From the IMG/VR virus record IMGVR_UViG_3300044929_000080: 64,000 nucleotides of DNA. The stretch is one strand, 5' to 3'. The translations under genes and the position numbers were made by a program. How positions within the stretch are numbered: the first letter of the stretch is position 1; each line of letters starts with the position of its first letter. Origin of the DNA: a virus (taxonomy: Duplodnaviria > Heunggongvirae > Uroviricota > Caudoviricetes). This document shows, in pieces, positions 37,701 to 51,281 of this stretch. Under the pieces are notes generated by a model. That model was given only the letters and a program-made list of their open reading frames with translations. It searched no databases and was not told the DNA's origin.

Positions 37701-37909
37701 CGATGATTTTCGGAATGATACCACTTGCGATGGTTATGGCCGGGGGCGGTGCTCAACGCGCACCCATGGCTCACGCAGTCATTGGCGGCCTTATTAGCTC
37801 AACCATCCTTACGCTCGTTGTCGTACCAGTCATGGCGTCATATCTGGACCAACTGTCAATATGGGCTAAAACTCATTTTAAGCACCCAGACCAAACGGCC
37901 CACGAATAA
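34796..37909 (+). CDS. RND efflux permease (AcrB/AcrD/AcrF family)
   Basis: 1037 aa; 'YPGASP', 'ILVDDAIVVREN', 'KNGILLIDF', 'RFRPIIMT'. Confidence 0.95.
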   Translation: MFLTKISVKQPVFATMMMLFIVIIGLFSYLKLGVDQYPKIDVPVVVVITTYPGASPGTVETDVSRRVEEALNSISGMDELTSTSYEGRSVVVAQFKLEVDGMIAAQDVRDKVSSIEQLLPDGVDKPRVVRYNPTDRPIISVALSSNDISLPELTEIADQKIVKRLNIISGVGQSTVVGGQSRQYQLLLNKNDIEANGLSIEQVISSLKQQNQNFPSGSIKTQLTETTLQLDGRIDDPKDFMNLVVAKNGDLPIYVRDIATFNDGSADAESRALLNGLNAISIDIVKSQEANTVDVAKDVKDVVKTLNQEYANSGLTLRVIADNSLSIEESVEQVQSTLIEGALLAVAIVFIFLGSWRSTVITGLTLPISIIGTFAVIQMLGFTLNTMSLLALTLSIGILVDDAIVVRENITRHLHMGKNHFQAAIDGTNEIGIAVLATTATIIAVFLPVAFMDGIIGRFFFQFGVTVSVAVLISLFVSFTLDPMLSSVWYDPDSQPNAKRGPIGRIFAKFEHAFDRLTIQYVGFIKWTLVNRKKTLSGTLLIFLVSLYMVKMVGVEFAPKADQGRFEVEITGPTGSSLDYTTLKIRQVEKALKEIPEVASTYSTINTGGSSGKHKGKVQVELLPFNERTRSTFDIEGPLRQRLALIPGIESSVTQEGVGGRGKSLQISFLGDDDTILEKIASGMMAKMAKIDGIIEIESSAEMTSDALSIRLRHDKAADLGVNLSKVAGTIPPLIKGEDVTTWTASDGVSYDIVVRLPEEQRSSIEDVENLLVSTDRKNDDGTTQMVRLNQFADIVLSKNPLEIRRSDMAREVKISANVSGRPLGEVTADIDKMLNAEKLPSGYRHSFGGEAKNMAETIGPMVMALSMAVIFIYIVLASQFGSFVQPLAIMAALPLSLIGVILGLLASGSTFNLFSLIGFIMLMGLVTKNGILLIDFANQESRRGTEFVDALVKAGSVRFRPIIMTTLAMIFGMIPLAMVMAGGGAQRAPMAHAVIGGLISSTILTLVVVPVMASYLDQLSIWAKTHFKHPDQTAHE

Positions 37910-37919
37910 CGGGAGACAC

Positions 37920-37949
37920 AATAAAGGCCCCAACATCGGGGCCTTTATT
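37920..37949. terminator. Bidirectional intrinsic terminator
   Basis: AATAAAGGCCCC-aacatc-GGGGCCTTTATT between convergent genes. Confidence 0.85.
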
Positions 37950-37976
37950 AAAAATCACTATATTTGGAAGCCGTTC

Positions 37977-38327
37977 TTACTCAACAACTTTAATACGGAC
38001 TGTCGAAACACCGGATCGAACCAATCCAATTTTATTGGCTGCACCGCGCGATAGATCGATAATTCTATGCTTGGCAAAAGGCCCGCGATCATTGATGCGA
38101 ACAACAACAGATTTTCCCGTTCTTACATTTTCGACCTCAACTTTCGTGCCGAAAGGAAGACTCCGATGCGCGGCTGTCAACCCATCTGGATTGAACTTCT
38201 CTCCATTAGCAGTACGGGAACAACATTTGTACCAAGAAGCTTTTCCGGTCAATAAAACATCATTTGCAAAAGCAGACGAAGGCAACAGCAACACACAGGT
38301 CAAAAAGACCCTAGAAATCATTCTCAT
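37977..38327 (-). CDS. rlpA: RlpA-family lytic transglycosylase (DPBB domain)
   Basis: Signal peptide; 'GKASWY', '[11 protein letters not shown]', 'VRINDRGPF', 'RIIDLS'. Confidence 0.92.
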   Translation of the reverse strand: MRMISRVFLTCVLLLPSSAFANDVLLTGKASWYKCCSRTANGEKFNPDGLTAAHRSLPFGTKVEVENVRTGKSVVVRINDRGPFAKHRIIDLSRGAANKIGLVRSGVSTVRIKVVE

Positions 38328-38675
38328 AAATACTCCTAATTAAATTTATACATATACTTTTAATCTAATAATGACACATGGACAACAACTTAAGATTTCA
38401 ATTACAGTAATAAATTTATACAATCTGTTAAAATTTCCGTATATAACATCATAAATCATAAAGATTTCATCTCATTACAAGGAATGCGTGGAAATAAATA
38501 GAACATGCCAAAACCTCTATAAATAACTTAAACAGGTATTAATAATGTGTTATCTGGAAGGGAGATTTTCAGTTGTAAATAGATGAATTTAACGACACCA
38601 ATTTAGGAAAATGACAGATCGTTGCATCTGAGAATTCTAATAAACTATTTCATCTCAACGATTAGCCTAAAAAAG

Positions 38676-38703
38676 AAAGGGAAGCGCAAAAGCACTTCCC
38701 TTT
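38676..38703 (-). terminator. Terminator downstream of mucR
   Basis: AAAGGGAAG...CTTCCCTTT stem with a T-run on the minus strand. Confidence 0.65.
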
Positions 38704-38722
38704 GGAGGTAGAATATAAAAAA

Positions 38723-39169
38723 CTACTCGACAGTTTCCTGCGACTTTGGCTTGCGTCCCAGGCCCATTTGCTTGGCCAGATTAGAACGAGCCTCAGCGTA
38801 GTTTGCGGCCACCATCGGGTAATCCCTTGGCAAATCCCAATGCTCGCGATACTGCTCAGGGGTCATGTCATGGTGTGTCTTAATATGCCGTTTGAGAGAC
38901 TTGAAGCCCTTTCCACATTGCAAACAAATGATGTTGTCACTCGTGATAGACTTCTTAATCGATACAGCTGGATTTTTTACCTCAACAGCTACAGCTGCAA
39001 AGTTTGATGGTTTTCTCAGCTCTTCGAATGCGTGATGCACATCAGAAATCAACTGTGTGACTTCTGTTGGGCGCACAGAATTATTTGAGACATAAGCACT
39101 TACAACATCTGCCGTGATCTGAACAATAATTTCACGATCCTGCTCATTAACGGTGAGATCTTCAGTCAT
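38723..39169 (-). CDS. mucR: Ros/MucR-family zinc-finger regulator
   Basis: 'TADVVSAYVSNN', 'PAVSIKKS', 'CLQCGKGFKSLKRHIKTHH', 'YPMVAANY'. Confidence 0.95.
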   Translation of the reverse strand: MTEDLTVNEQDREIIVQITADVVSAYVSNNSVRPTEVTQLISDVHHAFEELRKPSNFAAVAVEVKNPAVSIKKSITSDNIICLQCGKGFKSLKRHIKTHHDMTPEQYREHWDLPRDYPMVAANYAEARSNLAKQMGLGRKPKSQETVE

Positions 39170-39421
39170 ATTTTATCCCTGTTCTACAAACAGAGCCTAA
39201 GCTCCTGACAAATTCCCATATAAACCTATCAGAAATAAAATCAACCTGTAATTTTTCAATTTCCTGCTTCCCTCATTATTAAAAGACAACATGTTGCGTT
39301 TGCAACGAGAGAGAAAATAGTTTGAGTTAACTTGGATTAGCGCGGTTTATCTTTCCAAAATTTATGCAACAATGAATTTGCGATTAAATAATATCATCGT
39401 TCATTAAATTGAGGCGGATGT

Positions 39422-40321
39422 ATGAACACAAATATAAAGCTCACCGATGTCAGTTATCCACGCATCGGTATTGCCTTCGGTGGAGGCGGAGCAAGAGGTT
39501 TCGCGCACATAAACGTAATTGCGGCAATGGACGAACTTGGCATTAAGCCTTCTCTTATAACCGGAACCTCGATTGGTTCGATTATTGGAGCAGCCTACGC
39601 TGCCGGGATGTCCGCAATAGAAATTGAAGAGTTTGCCATAGGTGCATTTTCCAGCAAACGAAGCCTTTACAGCAGAATATGGAAAACAAGATCAGGAAAC
39701 CTGACGGACATGGTTTCAAAAGGACCACAGTCCATTATGAAATTCAATGTCGAACGATTATTGCGAGATTTCATACCAAACAGCGTTCCAGTTCGGTTCG
39801 ACCAATTGAAGATTCCACTTAAGGTCATAGCAACAGATTTTTTCAATGAGTGCGACCATGTTATGGAAACAGGAGAGCTATTAACGGCGCTGGCCGCATC
39901 GTCGTGTATCCCAACACTATTCGCGCCTGTTGTTCGCGACCAGCGCACTCTGATCGATGGCGGCACGACCAACCCTGTCCCTTTTGAATACCTCAATGAT
40001 GAAGTTGATATCAAAATTGGTGTAGACGTAATCGGTACGACCAAAACATTGCATCCAGAAAACTCAACCATTGACGCTACTTATGGAAGCAGTCAGATTT
40101 TCCAGAAAACCATTGTTGATTTAAAAATGGCTCTTCACAAACCACACATCATATTGAAACCCGATGTCAGTCAGTTTTGGACAATGGAATTCACAAAGGC
40201 ACGAGAAATCATTGAAGTTACATCTGATATAAAAGATGACCTGAAACGTAAAATTGATAAATTATTTTCCGATTTTTATGACAAGAACCAGCTTTCTCCT
40301 CAGATCATTATTGTAAAATGA
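39422..40321 (+). CDS. Patatin-like phospholipase
   Basis: 'GGGGARG', 'GTSIG', 'DGG'. Confidence 0.92.
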   Translation: MNTNIKLTDVSYPRIGIAFGGGGARGFAHINVIAAMDELGIKPSLITGTSIGSIIGAAYAAGMSAIEIEEFAIGAFSSKRSLYSRIWKTRSGNLTDMVSKGPQSIMKFNVERLLRDFIPNSVPVRFDQLKIPLKVIATDFFNECDHVMETGELLTALAASSCIPTLFAPVVRDQRTLIDGGTTNPVPFEYLNDEVDIKIGVDVIGTTKTLHPENSTIDATYGSSQIFQKTIVDLKMALHKPHIILKPDVSQFWTMEFTKAREIIEVTSDIKDDLKRKIDKLFSDFYDKNQLSPQIIIVK

Positions 40322-40391
40322 AAAAATGATTACCTCTGCAAATTTGGAAATTTATTCATTGCGGCATCGTGAATATTATTCGACCATTTAA

Positions 40392-42020
<1,629 letters not shown>

Positions 42021-42133
42021 CCATTTAATCTTTTTCTGAAAATAGGCATCCTGCTTAATGTGTCGATTTATTGAATAAATTTTTCGATCTTAAAAATATT
42101 TTGCTGGATATTTATTTTTTAAAATGCTAGTAA

Positions 42134-44317
<2,184 letters not shown>

Positions 44318-44364
44318 GCACGTCAACTCCTCTCGTGATCAGTTATGTAAGATAAAGGTGTTTT

Positions 44365-45069
44365 ATGGCTACCGATATTAAGATCATCATCGCAACCCTG
44401 AACAAGATTGATCAGCAATGCGCTGAACTGCTAGCGCCCGACACTAGTCAAAAATTAACAAGAGAAGTGCTGAGCAATCTCGTCCTCGCAAACGGCGTCA
44501 CCCTTCGCAAAATTGTCGACGAAATTATTTTCGGACAACGCCAAATCGATATCAACGATTTTCCTGAAGCACACGCCGCGTTTGATAAAATTTACAGGAT
44601 CGGCGCTGAAGCAAAGAAACAAATCACCTCGGTTCCTGCTTCAAAGAAGGCAGAGCTTGAGAAAATGTTGTCGGCTATCACAAAAGCCGTGACAATCATT
44701 GATAAGGAAGCCGATATCATCCACACAAGTTTGATTCAGCTCTCAACACAATCAGCTGAATTGAGTGCCGAGGATTCAGATAATCCCAATCTGAAAAAGA
44801 ATCTGGCCGCCACATCAGCAGACGAACGACTTGTCCCAGTATGGGATGATAATGAAGACAAGCTTCTTTCAATGGCATGCTGTTCCAATCAGGAATGGGG
44901 CCTTCTTTATAAAGTCAATCAGACCAAGCACGTTGCGTTCTTTGCTCATGCCGCCACCGAGGCACTCATCTTGGAATGGTGCGCAGCCAAGAAGAGAGAA
45001 GTCCGCGAACAAGCCTTTGTTTTTGAGGCCATCGCCATCATAAATCCAATGGGAACAAGAACATGGTAA
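44365..45069 (+). CDS. Hypothetical protein
   Basis: 234 aa helical ORF. Confidence 0.6.
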   Translation: MATDIKIIIATLNKIDQQCAELLAPDTSQKLTREVLSNLVLANGVTLRKIVDEIIFGQRQIDINDFPEAHAAFDKIYRIGAEAKKQITSVPASKKAELEKMLSAITKAVTIIDKEADIIHTSLIQLSTQSAELSAEDSDNPNLKKNLAATSADERLVPVWDDNEDKLLSMACCSNQEWGLLYKVNQTKHVAFFAHAATEALILEWCAAKKREVREQAFVFEAIAIINPMGTRTW

Positions 45070-45243
45070 TCCGATGGAATACCTCATCGGTTTAAAACCC
45101 AAGGCGCAATTACTCCTTCTGGAGTAGCCCGATTTTCACCTTCCTACCACCCGTTTGCGCATTTGTTTTTTGAACTGGCGCATGGTCTATAAACCTCATC
45201 AACGAACGCGGAACAAACCGCAGCGAAAACAGGAGAAGCTCAA

Positions 45244-45726
45244 ATGAACAACGTTAATTACACCCACGTTTCCAATAGCAATCCTTCATTCTTTCACGGA
45301 TGGCCATTCATCACCTTTTTCGAAAATCGTGCGGACGATGCACTTCCATTCCAGACTTTTGCAGATTTCGATGGCCCTACCGTTCTATTTAACCCGAATT
45401 ACGTCACCAAAAATGATCTGGAAAAGCCGTTCGCCGCAATGATCTGGGTTCCTCTGGTTCTACAGAGCTTTGCAACCAGCGTCCTTACTGAAGCTATGGA
45501 TTCAGAAGATGACATCGGTGCGTTGACCGCTCCACGATGGCAGCAGTTCAGAGATGCATTTTGCCATTATGCCAAGACGGATTGGGTAGACATCGTAGAA
45601 CGCACTGAAGAATTCGGCATTGACTATATGGCGGAATACGCTGTCGAAGCACTGTTCATCGAGAGTGGTATTCATGAAATGACTATTGCGAAGAAAGCAA
45701 ACACTTTTACGCTCCGCGTGGCATAA
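45244..45726 (+). CDS. Hypothetical protein
   Basis: 160 aa with RBS aggaga. Confidence 0.7.
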   Translation: MNNVNYTHVSNSNPSFFHGWPFITFFENRADDALPFQTFADFDGPTVLFNPNYVTKNDLEKPFAAMIWVPLVLQSFATSVLTEAMDSEDDIGALTAPRWQQFRDAFCHYAKTDWVDIVERTEEFGIDYMAEYAVEALFIESGIHEMTIAKKANTFTLRVA

Positions 45727-45796
45727 AAGTAGTTCACTACATATTGCAATCGGGGTCAAATGAGATAAAACCATCTTATTATAAGCTGTAATTAAG

Positions 45797-46681
45797 ATGG
45801 TCAGGCCCCGCATGCACCCCTTCAAAAGAAGACCCATGAAAACAATACCCTATGGTAACTTGCCAAGGGGACAGTTTGTGGAGTTAAACGGAGTCATACG
45901 TTGGGACGGAGAACTGTTTTGGTCTTCCTCCCATGGCAAAGCATCCGCGCTTTGGATAGCTGGTTACATGGTGGAGGCGTATAATGTACTTCTCCCCAAT
46001 AAAGAACGAGTTGCAGAAGTTATTCCTGCTGATTTGTTCGGCCAACTCTGGCGAATTAAAAATGAAGACGGAAGTTACAGCGTCGGAAAACTTAAAGTAT
46101 ACGGATCAGAAATTTCATTCCAGCCTACGGATCAAAAGATAACTTACAGGTCATGGCAAAATGCCGGACTTCCTGAAACAATTCTTTCTTCATCACGCCT
46201 TAAAGAAGCGGCGAGCAATAGTGCTTTCGCCGATCATCTTTATGGTGCCTTATGCAATGTCGGCTGGCACAACACAAAAAAACACACGGCTGAAATTCTC
46301 GCATCGTGGTCAATGGCAGCTGAAGTTGTAGCGCAGCTAAGAGATAAAAACGAAACCGTCTTCGACTTGATATTCAGTGGCAGTGAAGAAGTGGTTTTTG
46401 ATGACATTTTAGATGCAATGAAGGCGGAAGGACTGGAACCAATTTTTCCACCCGCACCATCCAAAAAGCCTAGAGAGCAAGCTTTGGAATTGCTTGATGA
46501 AGTGGAAAAAGAATATCCGGAAAAAACACCCTTCTGGTATACTTTTTACATATCGAGATACACGACAGATAACACTCCAGAGGGAAGAGTTCATAAAGCC
46601 GCCTTTGCAGGCCGGATGACAATTGATGAATGGTGGAAATTCTGGGAATTGTGGAACTCCGAAACCTATTCAGAAGAATAG
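45797..46681 (+). CDS. Hypothetical protein (phage-type 'LY.ALCN...SW..A..VA.LR' segment)
   Basis: 294 aa; alternative start ATG 45836. Confidence 0.6.
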   Translation: MVRPRMHPFKRRPMKTIPYGNLPRGQFVELNGVIRWDGELFWSSSHGKASALWIAGYMVEAYNVLLPNKERVAEVIPADLFGQLWRIKNEDGSYSVGKLKVYGSEISFQPTDQKITYRSWQNAGLPETILSSSRLKEAASNSAFADHLYGALCNVGWHNTKKHTAEILASWSMAAEVVAQLRDKNETVFDLIFSGSEEVVFDDILDAMKAEGLEPIFPPAPSKKPREQALELLDEVEKEYPEKTPFWYTFYISRYTTDNTPEGRVHKAAFAGRMTIDEWWKFWELWNSETYSEE

Positions 46682-46742
46682 TGATTGAACCCTTCGCATC
46701 ATTGATCATAAAATTGGTCTTTATTACAGAAGGCCAATAGCA

Positions 46743-47387
46743 ATGAGCAATCAAATTGACTTAAATATTTTCGTTACGTCGTTATCTGGGGCCAGGCGCG
46801 CAAAGAGGAAGTGTGACGCAGTCCTTACGATTGAAGATCCACTATACAAACACGGCCTACGCTTTCACAAAAAGCCGCATCCTGATCACTTGGTTCTTAT
46901 GTTCGAGGATGTTGATTTTTATCAAGGTAATATCGCAATGCCAGACATCAAACATGTCGAAGCCGCGATTGATTTTGCCCGAGAACATGTTGACCATAGA
47001 CTTCTAGTTCATTGCAAGGCTGGGATTGCGCGTTCAACTGCAATGGCGTTAGCGATTATTGCTGACAGACTTGGAAAAGGAAATGAACCGGAGGCGGTAA
47101 AATATCTCCTTCAAATTCGCAATGAGGCAGCCCCAAATCTGTTTTTACTGGATATGGTTGACGATTACCTTGATCGTGAAGGTCGATTAAGAAATGCTTG
47201 GTTGTCAGTTGAAAATGCACATGAGCATTATGCCAATCATCGAAAACTAAAACGTGAGATACTGGAGAAGAACCCAGCTCTTTACAGAGAACCATTCAGC
47301 TGCCTGTCCTACAGTGCGTGGCGATATCGTCCAACCACACTCATAAGAGAAGCGGTTATTGAATCGAATGTTGTCCCTGCCCTTTGA
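46743..47387 (+). CDS. Protein-tyrosine/dual-specificity phosphatase family
   Basis: CX5R loop 'VHCKAGIARS', acid loop 'LMFEDV', 'PN' motif. Confidence 0.88.
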   Translation: MSNQIDLNIFVTSLSGARRAKRKCDAVLTIEDPLYKHGLRFHKKPHPDHLVLMFEDVDFYQGNIAMPDIKHVEAAIDFAREHVDHRLLVHCKAGIARSTAMALAIIADRLGKGNEPEAVKYLLQIRNEAAPNLFLLDMVDDYLDREGRLRNAWLSVENAHEHYANHRKLKREILEKNPALYREPFSCLSYSAWRYRPTTLIREAVIESNVVPAL

Positions 47388-47451
47388 GTTCCTGTGCTCT
47401 TGAGGGTTGCATCTTCAATGAAGGATACGGAAAATACTGAGATTATCCGTA

Positions 47452-48984
47452 TCAGAACCTTGGACCAGGTAAAGACTCGCCAAGCTGGACGTAGTCGTTT
47501 TCCAGATCAGAAGCATGCCGTCCTCGAATACGGGTTGCTAATCGATCCCTATTAATCACCGCTTTTTTCGTTTCATCATCGGGAGATTTCGATAAAGCAT
47601 AGAGATGGCCAGCCTCCTCATCAAACACGCTTTTTAGGTCGTCTGGAACATTATAGCCTTCAAAAAGGGCTAAACGGGCGCTGGCATTGTCATTGACTGA
47701 GAATTCACTTACCAGTTGCTGTATCTCATAACGATACCGATCTTCGACTGCCTGTCGTTGATCCGCATCCAATCCCGAAAAACTGACACCGATGTTCTTT
47801 GCTACAAGGGCGGCTGACTTCATTTCACGTTCAGTCGCAACATCACGACCGTCTTCGGCTCCAAATCTGCTAGCGGGTAATGCAACTTTTTTAGCAATTT
47901 TGGTTGCGATGGCGATAATTTCACGCATCGATGCATCATGCGGAACGTCTGCTGCGAAAGCCGCACGCAGAGCTTTGTGAGTAGCTTGCCCAAGAACACC
48001 TTCCTTGAGAGTACCAGGAGTTGTATGGAAGCGACTTTGCCCATAATGAAGGGAGGCTTCTTTAAGGTCTGCAATTTCTGCAACAACCGTACTGCGACCC
48101 CCGTCTCTTAAAAAAAGAATGGCTGCTGTCGCATCTGCAAAACAAGACGCTATGTGACGCGCACGAGGAGAGCTTTCAACATCCGCCTGCAATCCTTCGG
48201 CAGCCCCAAGACAATTGTGAGCCAGCCCAAGGGCAATCGTTCGGGCAGCGCAAAATTTGCGAGTTTCATCGAGATCCATACTTACTAAAGGAAACGCTCG
48301 ACTACCCATCGAAGACAATTCCCGCGCATAAGCGGAAGGACCAACAAACGGAGAATATGGCAAAATGAAATTCAAGGAGATTTCCTTATTGCCAGTAATG
48401 TTTTCTGTCATGCGACTGCAGTGAGGTTTAAAGCCAGCGCGCAACAGAACAGTTAGATCATTCAAGCTCCTGATCGATCCTTCCACATCAGCTGGCAAAG
48501 TGCTATCTCGTAGAGACGCCGTTTCCCAATTGGATCGAGCAACGGCCTGAACGTCAATGACATTCAAAGCAACACCCCGGCGCATGGCTTCATCTGAAAA
48601 AACATCCAGAGCCCAATTCAAATGACTGTCTTCGCTCACGGGAGCGCGCTCGATGGAAACACCAGCGCCTGGAGAAACAACTGCTGATTTAGAGCGCGCC
48701 AATAATTTTGCAAGCATACGGGCAGTAATGTCAGAACGTCTTCCCATCATGATAATGCGATGAGAACCTTCCATAATCACATCCAGGACACTATTCTTAA
48801 GACGCATCTCAGCATTGCCAAAGTCATCAAAGTGAAGTCGACCAACGACATCGCCACCTATATTGGGCTTTATATCGCCCTTAAAAGTGACATCCAGTAC
48901 AGTGCCATCGCGACGAACAACGACATATTGATCGTCACCGCGTTTGGCACGAACGGTTCCAACAATGACTTCACCTTCTTTCAT
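47452..48984 (-). CDS. Hypothetical protein
   Basis: 510 aa ORF. Confidence 0.7.
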   Translation of the reverse strand: MKEGEVIVGTVRAKRGDDQYVVVRRDGTVLDVTFKGDIKPNIGGDVVGRLHFDDFGNAEMRLKNSVLDVIMEGSHRIIMMGRRSDITARMLAKLLARSKSAVVSPGAGVSIERAPVSEDSHLNWALDVFSDEAMRRGVALNVIDVQAVARSNWETASLRDSTLPADVEGSIRSLNDLTVLLRAGFKPHCSRMTENITGNKEISLNFILPYSPFVGPSAYARELSSMGSRAFPLVSMDLDETRKFCAARTIALGLAHNCLGAAEGLQADVESSPRARHIASCFADATAAILFLRDGGRSTVVAEIADLKEASLHYGQSRFHTTPGTLKEGVLGQATHKALRAAFAADVPHDASMREIIAIATKIAKKVALPASRFGAEDGRDVATEREMKSAALVAKNIGVSFSGLDADQRQAVEDRYRYEIQQLVSEFSVNDNASARLALFEGYNVPDDLKSVFDEEAGHLYALSKSPDDETKKAVINRDRLATRIRGRHASDLENDYVQLGESLPGPRF

Positions 48985-48986
48985 AT

Positions 48987-49310
48987 TTACGCTCCAAAAT
49001 TCATACCAACTGAACGTGGGAGAGCGTCAACCTGATACTCATCAGACTGAATTTCACCGTTCACAAACTCTCTCAACATAAAAGGTCCGGCCGAATAAGA
49101 ATATTCATAATCATCAGCCGTCATTCCTTCTGGAATGATATATTTTGCGCCATCAGAACTTGTCAGAAAGAAGCCTTCATCATCAAAACCAACGTTATCA
49201 AATTTCGTGCCGCGCATCTGTTCAGGCAAATCAATTATACAAACAGTTGCGTCTTTGCTCATAACCACAAGCGCCGCGTCCAGCACGTTTTCAGAGGTAT
49301 CAATACTCAT
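48987..49310 (-). CDS. Hypothetical acidic protein
   Basis: Start ATG 49310 with RBS ggag; 107 aa. Confidence 0.65.
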   Translation of the reverse strand: MSIDTSENVLDAALVVMSKDATVCIIDLPEQMRGTKFDNVGFDDEGFFLTSSDGAKYIIPEGMTADDYEYSYSAGPFMLREFVNGEIQSDEYQVDALPRSVGMNFGA

Positions 49311-49466
49311 CTTATTCTCCAGAAATCTACAGAGTGATCTTCTCACCAGACCCAGCAAGCAACCACAAACATTTTTCGTTTTTGTGAATGAGATTTCAGA
49401 TAAAGATGCAGATAAATAAATATTCAGATAGCTAAGGAGCGTTTAAATGATTGGCTCGCGACGGAA

Positions 49467-49524
49467 ATTTTCACTGAAACCCGCTATTTCACCGCACAGT
49501 GAAAAAGGTCGTTTCAGTGAAAAT
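49467..49524. repeat. 58-nt nested inverted repeat downstream of argS
   Basis: ATTTTCACTGAAAC-ccgcta-TTTCAC-cgcaca-GTGAAA-aaggtc-GTTTCAGTGAAAAT. Confidence 0.85.
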
Positions 49525-49546
49525 AGATGCAATTTTAGAGTTTTTC

Positions 49547-51235
49547 CTACATCCGGCCTGGAACTTCAATACCTAGCAGATAAAGACATTTGGTCAGTAT
49601 CGCGTCTACGAACTGACAGATCGCCATACGTGAAGCATTGACTTTGCCATTTTGAACGACCTGGCATTCGGCATAGAAACGACTAAACGCCTGTGCGACA
49701 GAAAAGGCAAATTCTGCAATCTCTTTTGGTTGATACCGATTAACTGCCAACTGGACCGCAATTGGAAACCCACTGCATGCGAGAAGTAATTGACGTTCAG
49801 CTTCGTGATCAATCTTGATCTCTCCAATTTTCCCATCAAATGGAAAATCAAACGCCTTTAACACGACACTGCGAATACGAGCACACGCATACTGAAGATA
49901 TGGCCCCGTCTTTCCTTCAGGCGCAGTCATCCGCTCAGGGTCGAAGACATAACCAGAGATACGATCCGTCGACAGATCGGCGAACTTCAGGGCACCAATT
50001 GCAATCTTCTCCGCGATCTCATGATTGCCATCACCAACACGTACTTTAGCCTGCTCAACAGTTGAAGCGATGAGATCGGTTAACTTTGCAACGCCACCAT
50101 CACGGGTCTTAAACGGCTTCCCATCCTTTCCATTGACGGTTCCAAAGGCGACATGCACCAGTTCTGCACCCTTGTCGAAACCTGCCTTCCGGGCGACTTC
50201 AAAAACAGAATGCAGATGCTGCTCCTGCCGCTGGTCGACGACATACAGGATTTTAGTAGCGCCGATGGCTTGCGTCCGGTTCATCAAAGTAGCCAGATCA
50301 GTTGCGCCGTAAAGAGCTGCACCATCGGATTTCTGGACAATAAGCGGTGGAAGTCCGTCAGCAACATCAACAACCAGCGCGCCATCACTCTTACGAAGAA
50401 GACCCTGGGTGTCTAAATCCTCCAGCATTTCAGGCAAAGCATCATTCACGTCAGATTCGCCAAGCATTAAATCGAAATGAGCGTGGAGCTTATTGATATC
50501 GCCAGAGATTGAAGCCAGCGACACCTGACGCATTTCTTGCCAAACTGAATGCAGATATGGATCGCCAGCCTGAAGATTTTGCGTCAGTTTCCGAGCATGA
50601 CCAAGAACTGTCTCGTTTTCTTTGGCATCCTTGCTCGCAACGCGATACATTTCTTCCAGAGTGAATACATCAAAGTCAGGGATGACCTCGTTTACCCATT
50701 CATCATGATAATCAGCACTCATCTGGTGAAGAAGCATCCCCATTTGAAGGCCCCAGTCGCCCCAGTGAATATCTGACACGACGTTATAACCCACGAAATT
50801 CAGTAACCGACGCAGACTTTCACCGATCACAAATGACCGCAAGTGACCGACATGCAGTGGTTTTGCGACATTTGGACCACCAAAGTCGATGACAACTGTC
50901 TGATCTGGTGTGACCTTTTCAATACCGAGGTCAACAGATGAAAGCATGCTTAGAACCTGAGATTCAACAAAGCTTGGTGACAATTTCAAATTGATGAAGC
51001 CAGGTCCTCCAATAGATACGTCAGCAAAAACAGAATTCGTCTTAATATCAGCAATGATAAGTTCAGCAAGATCGCGTGGCTTCATTCCAATTGAGGGTGC
51101 AACCGACATGACATCATTGCATTGATAGTCATACCCAGGGGTGCGGTTTGGTTTAAGAACAGTATTAATTTCAACGGATGCAATTTTAAGAAAAGCCGCC
51201 TCGATTGGAGCGGCCACACTCTGCAATAAAGTCAT
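49547..51235 (-). CDS. argS: Arginine--tRNA ligase
   Basis: 'GPGFIN', 'DFGGPNVAKPLHVGHLRS' (HIGH), 'KPFKTRDG', DALR-like 'GPYLQYACARIRS'. Confidence 0.96.
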   Translation of the reverse strand: MTLLQSVAAPIEAAFLKIASVEINTVLKPNRTPGYDYQCNDVMSVAPSIGMKPRDLAELIIADIKTNSVFADVSIGGPGFINLKLSPSFVESQVLSMLSSVDLGIEKVTPDQTVVIDFGGPNVAKPLHVGHLRSFVIGESLRRLLNFVGYNVVSDIHWGDWGLQMGMLLHQMSADYHDEWVNEVIPDFDVFTLEEMYRVASKDAKENETVLGHARKLTQNLQAGDPYLHSVWQEMRQVSLASISGDINKLHAHFDLMLGESDVNDALPEMLEDLDTQGLLRKSDGALVVDVADGLPPLIVQKSDGAALYGATDLATLMNRTQAIGATKILYVVDQRQEQHLHSVFEVARKAGFDKGAELVHVAFGTVNGKDGKPFKTRDGGVAKLTDLIASTVEQAKVRVGDGNHEIAEKIAIGALKFADLSTDRISGYVFDPERMTAPEGKTGPYLQYACARIRSVVLKAFDFPFDGKIGEIKIDHEAERQLLLACSGFPIAVQLAVNRYQPKEIAEFAFSVAQAFSRFYAECQVVQNGKVNASRMAICQFVDAILTKCLYLLGIEVPGRM

Positions 51236-51281
51236 AATTTTTCCTTTAAAAGTAGGATGCGCATAAGGGGTGAGGTGAAAA

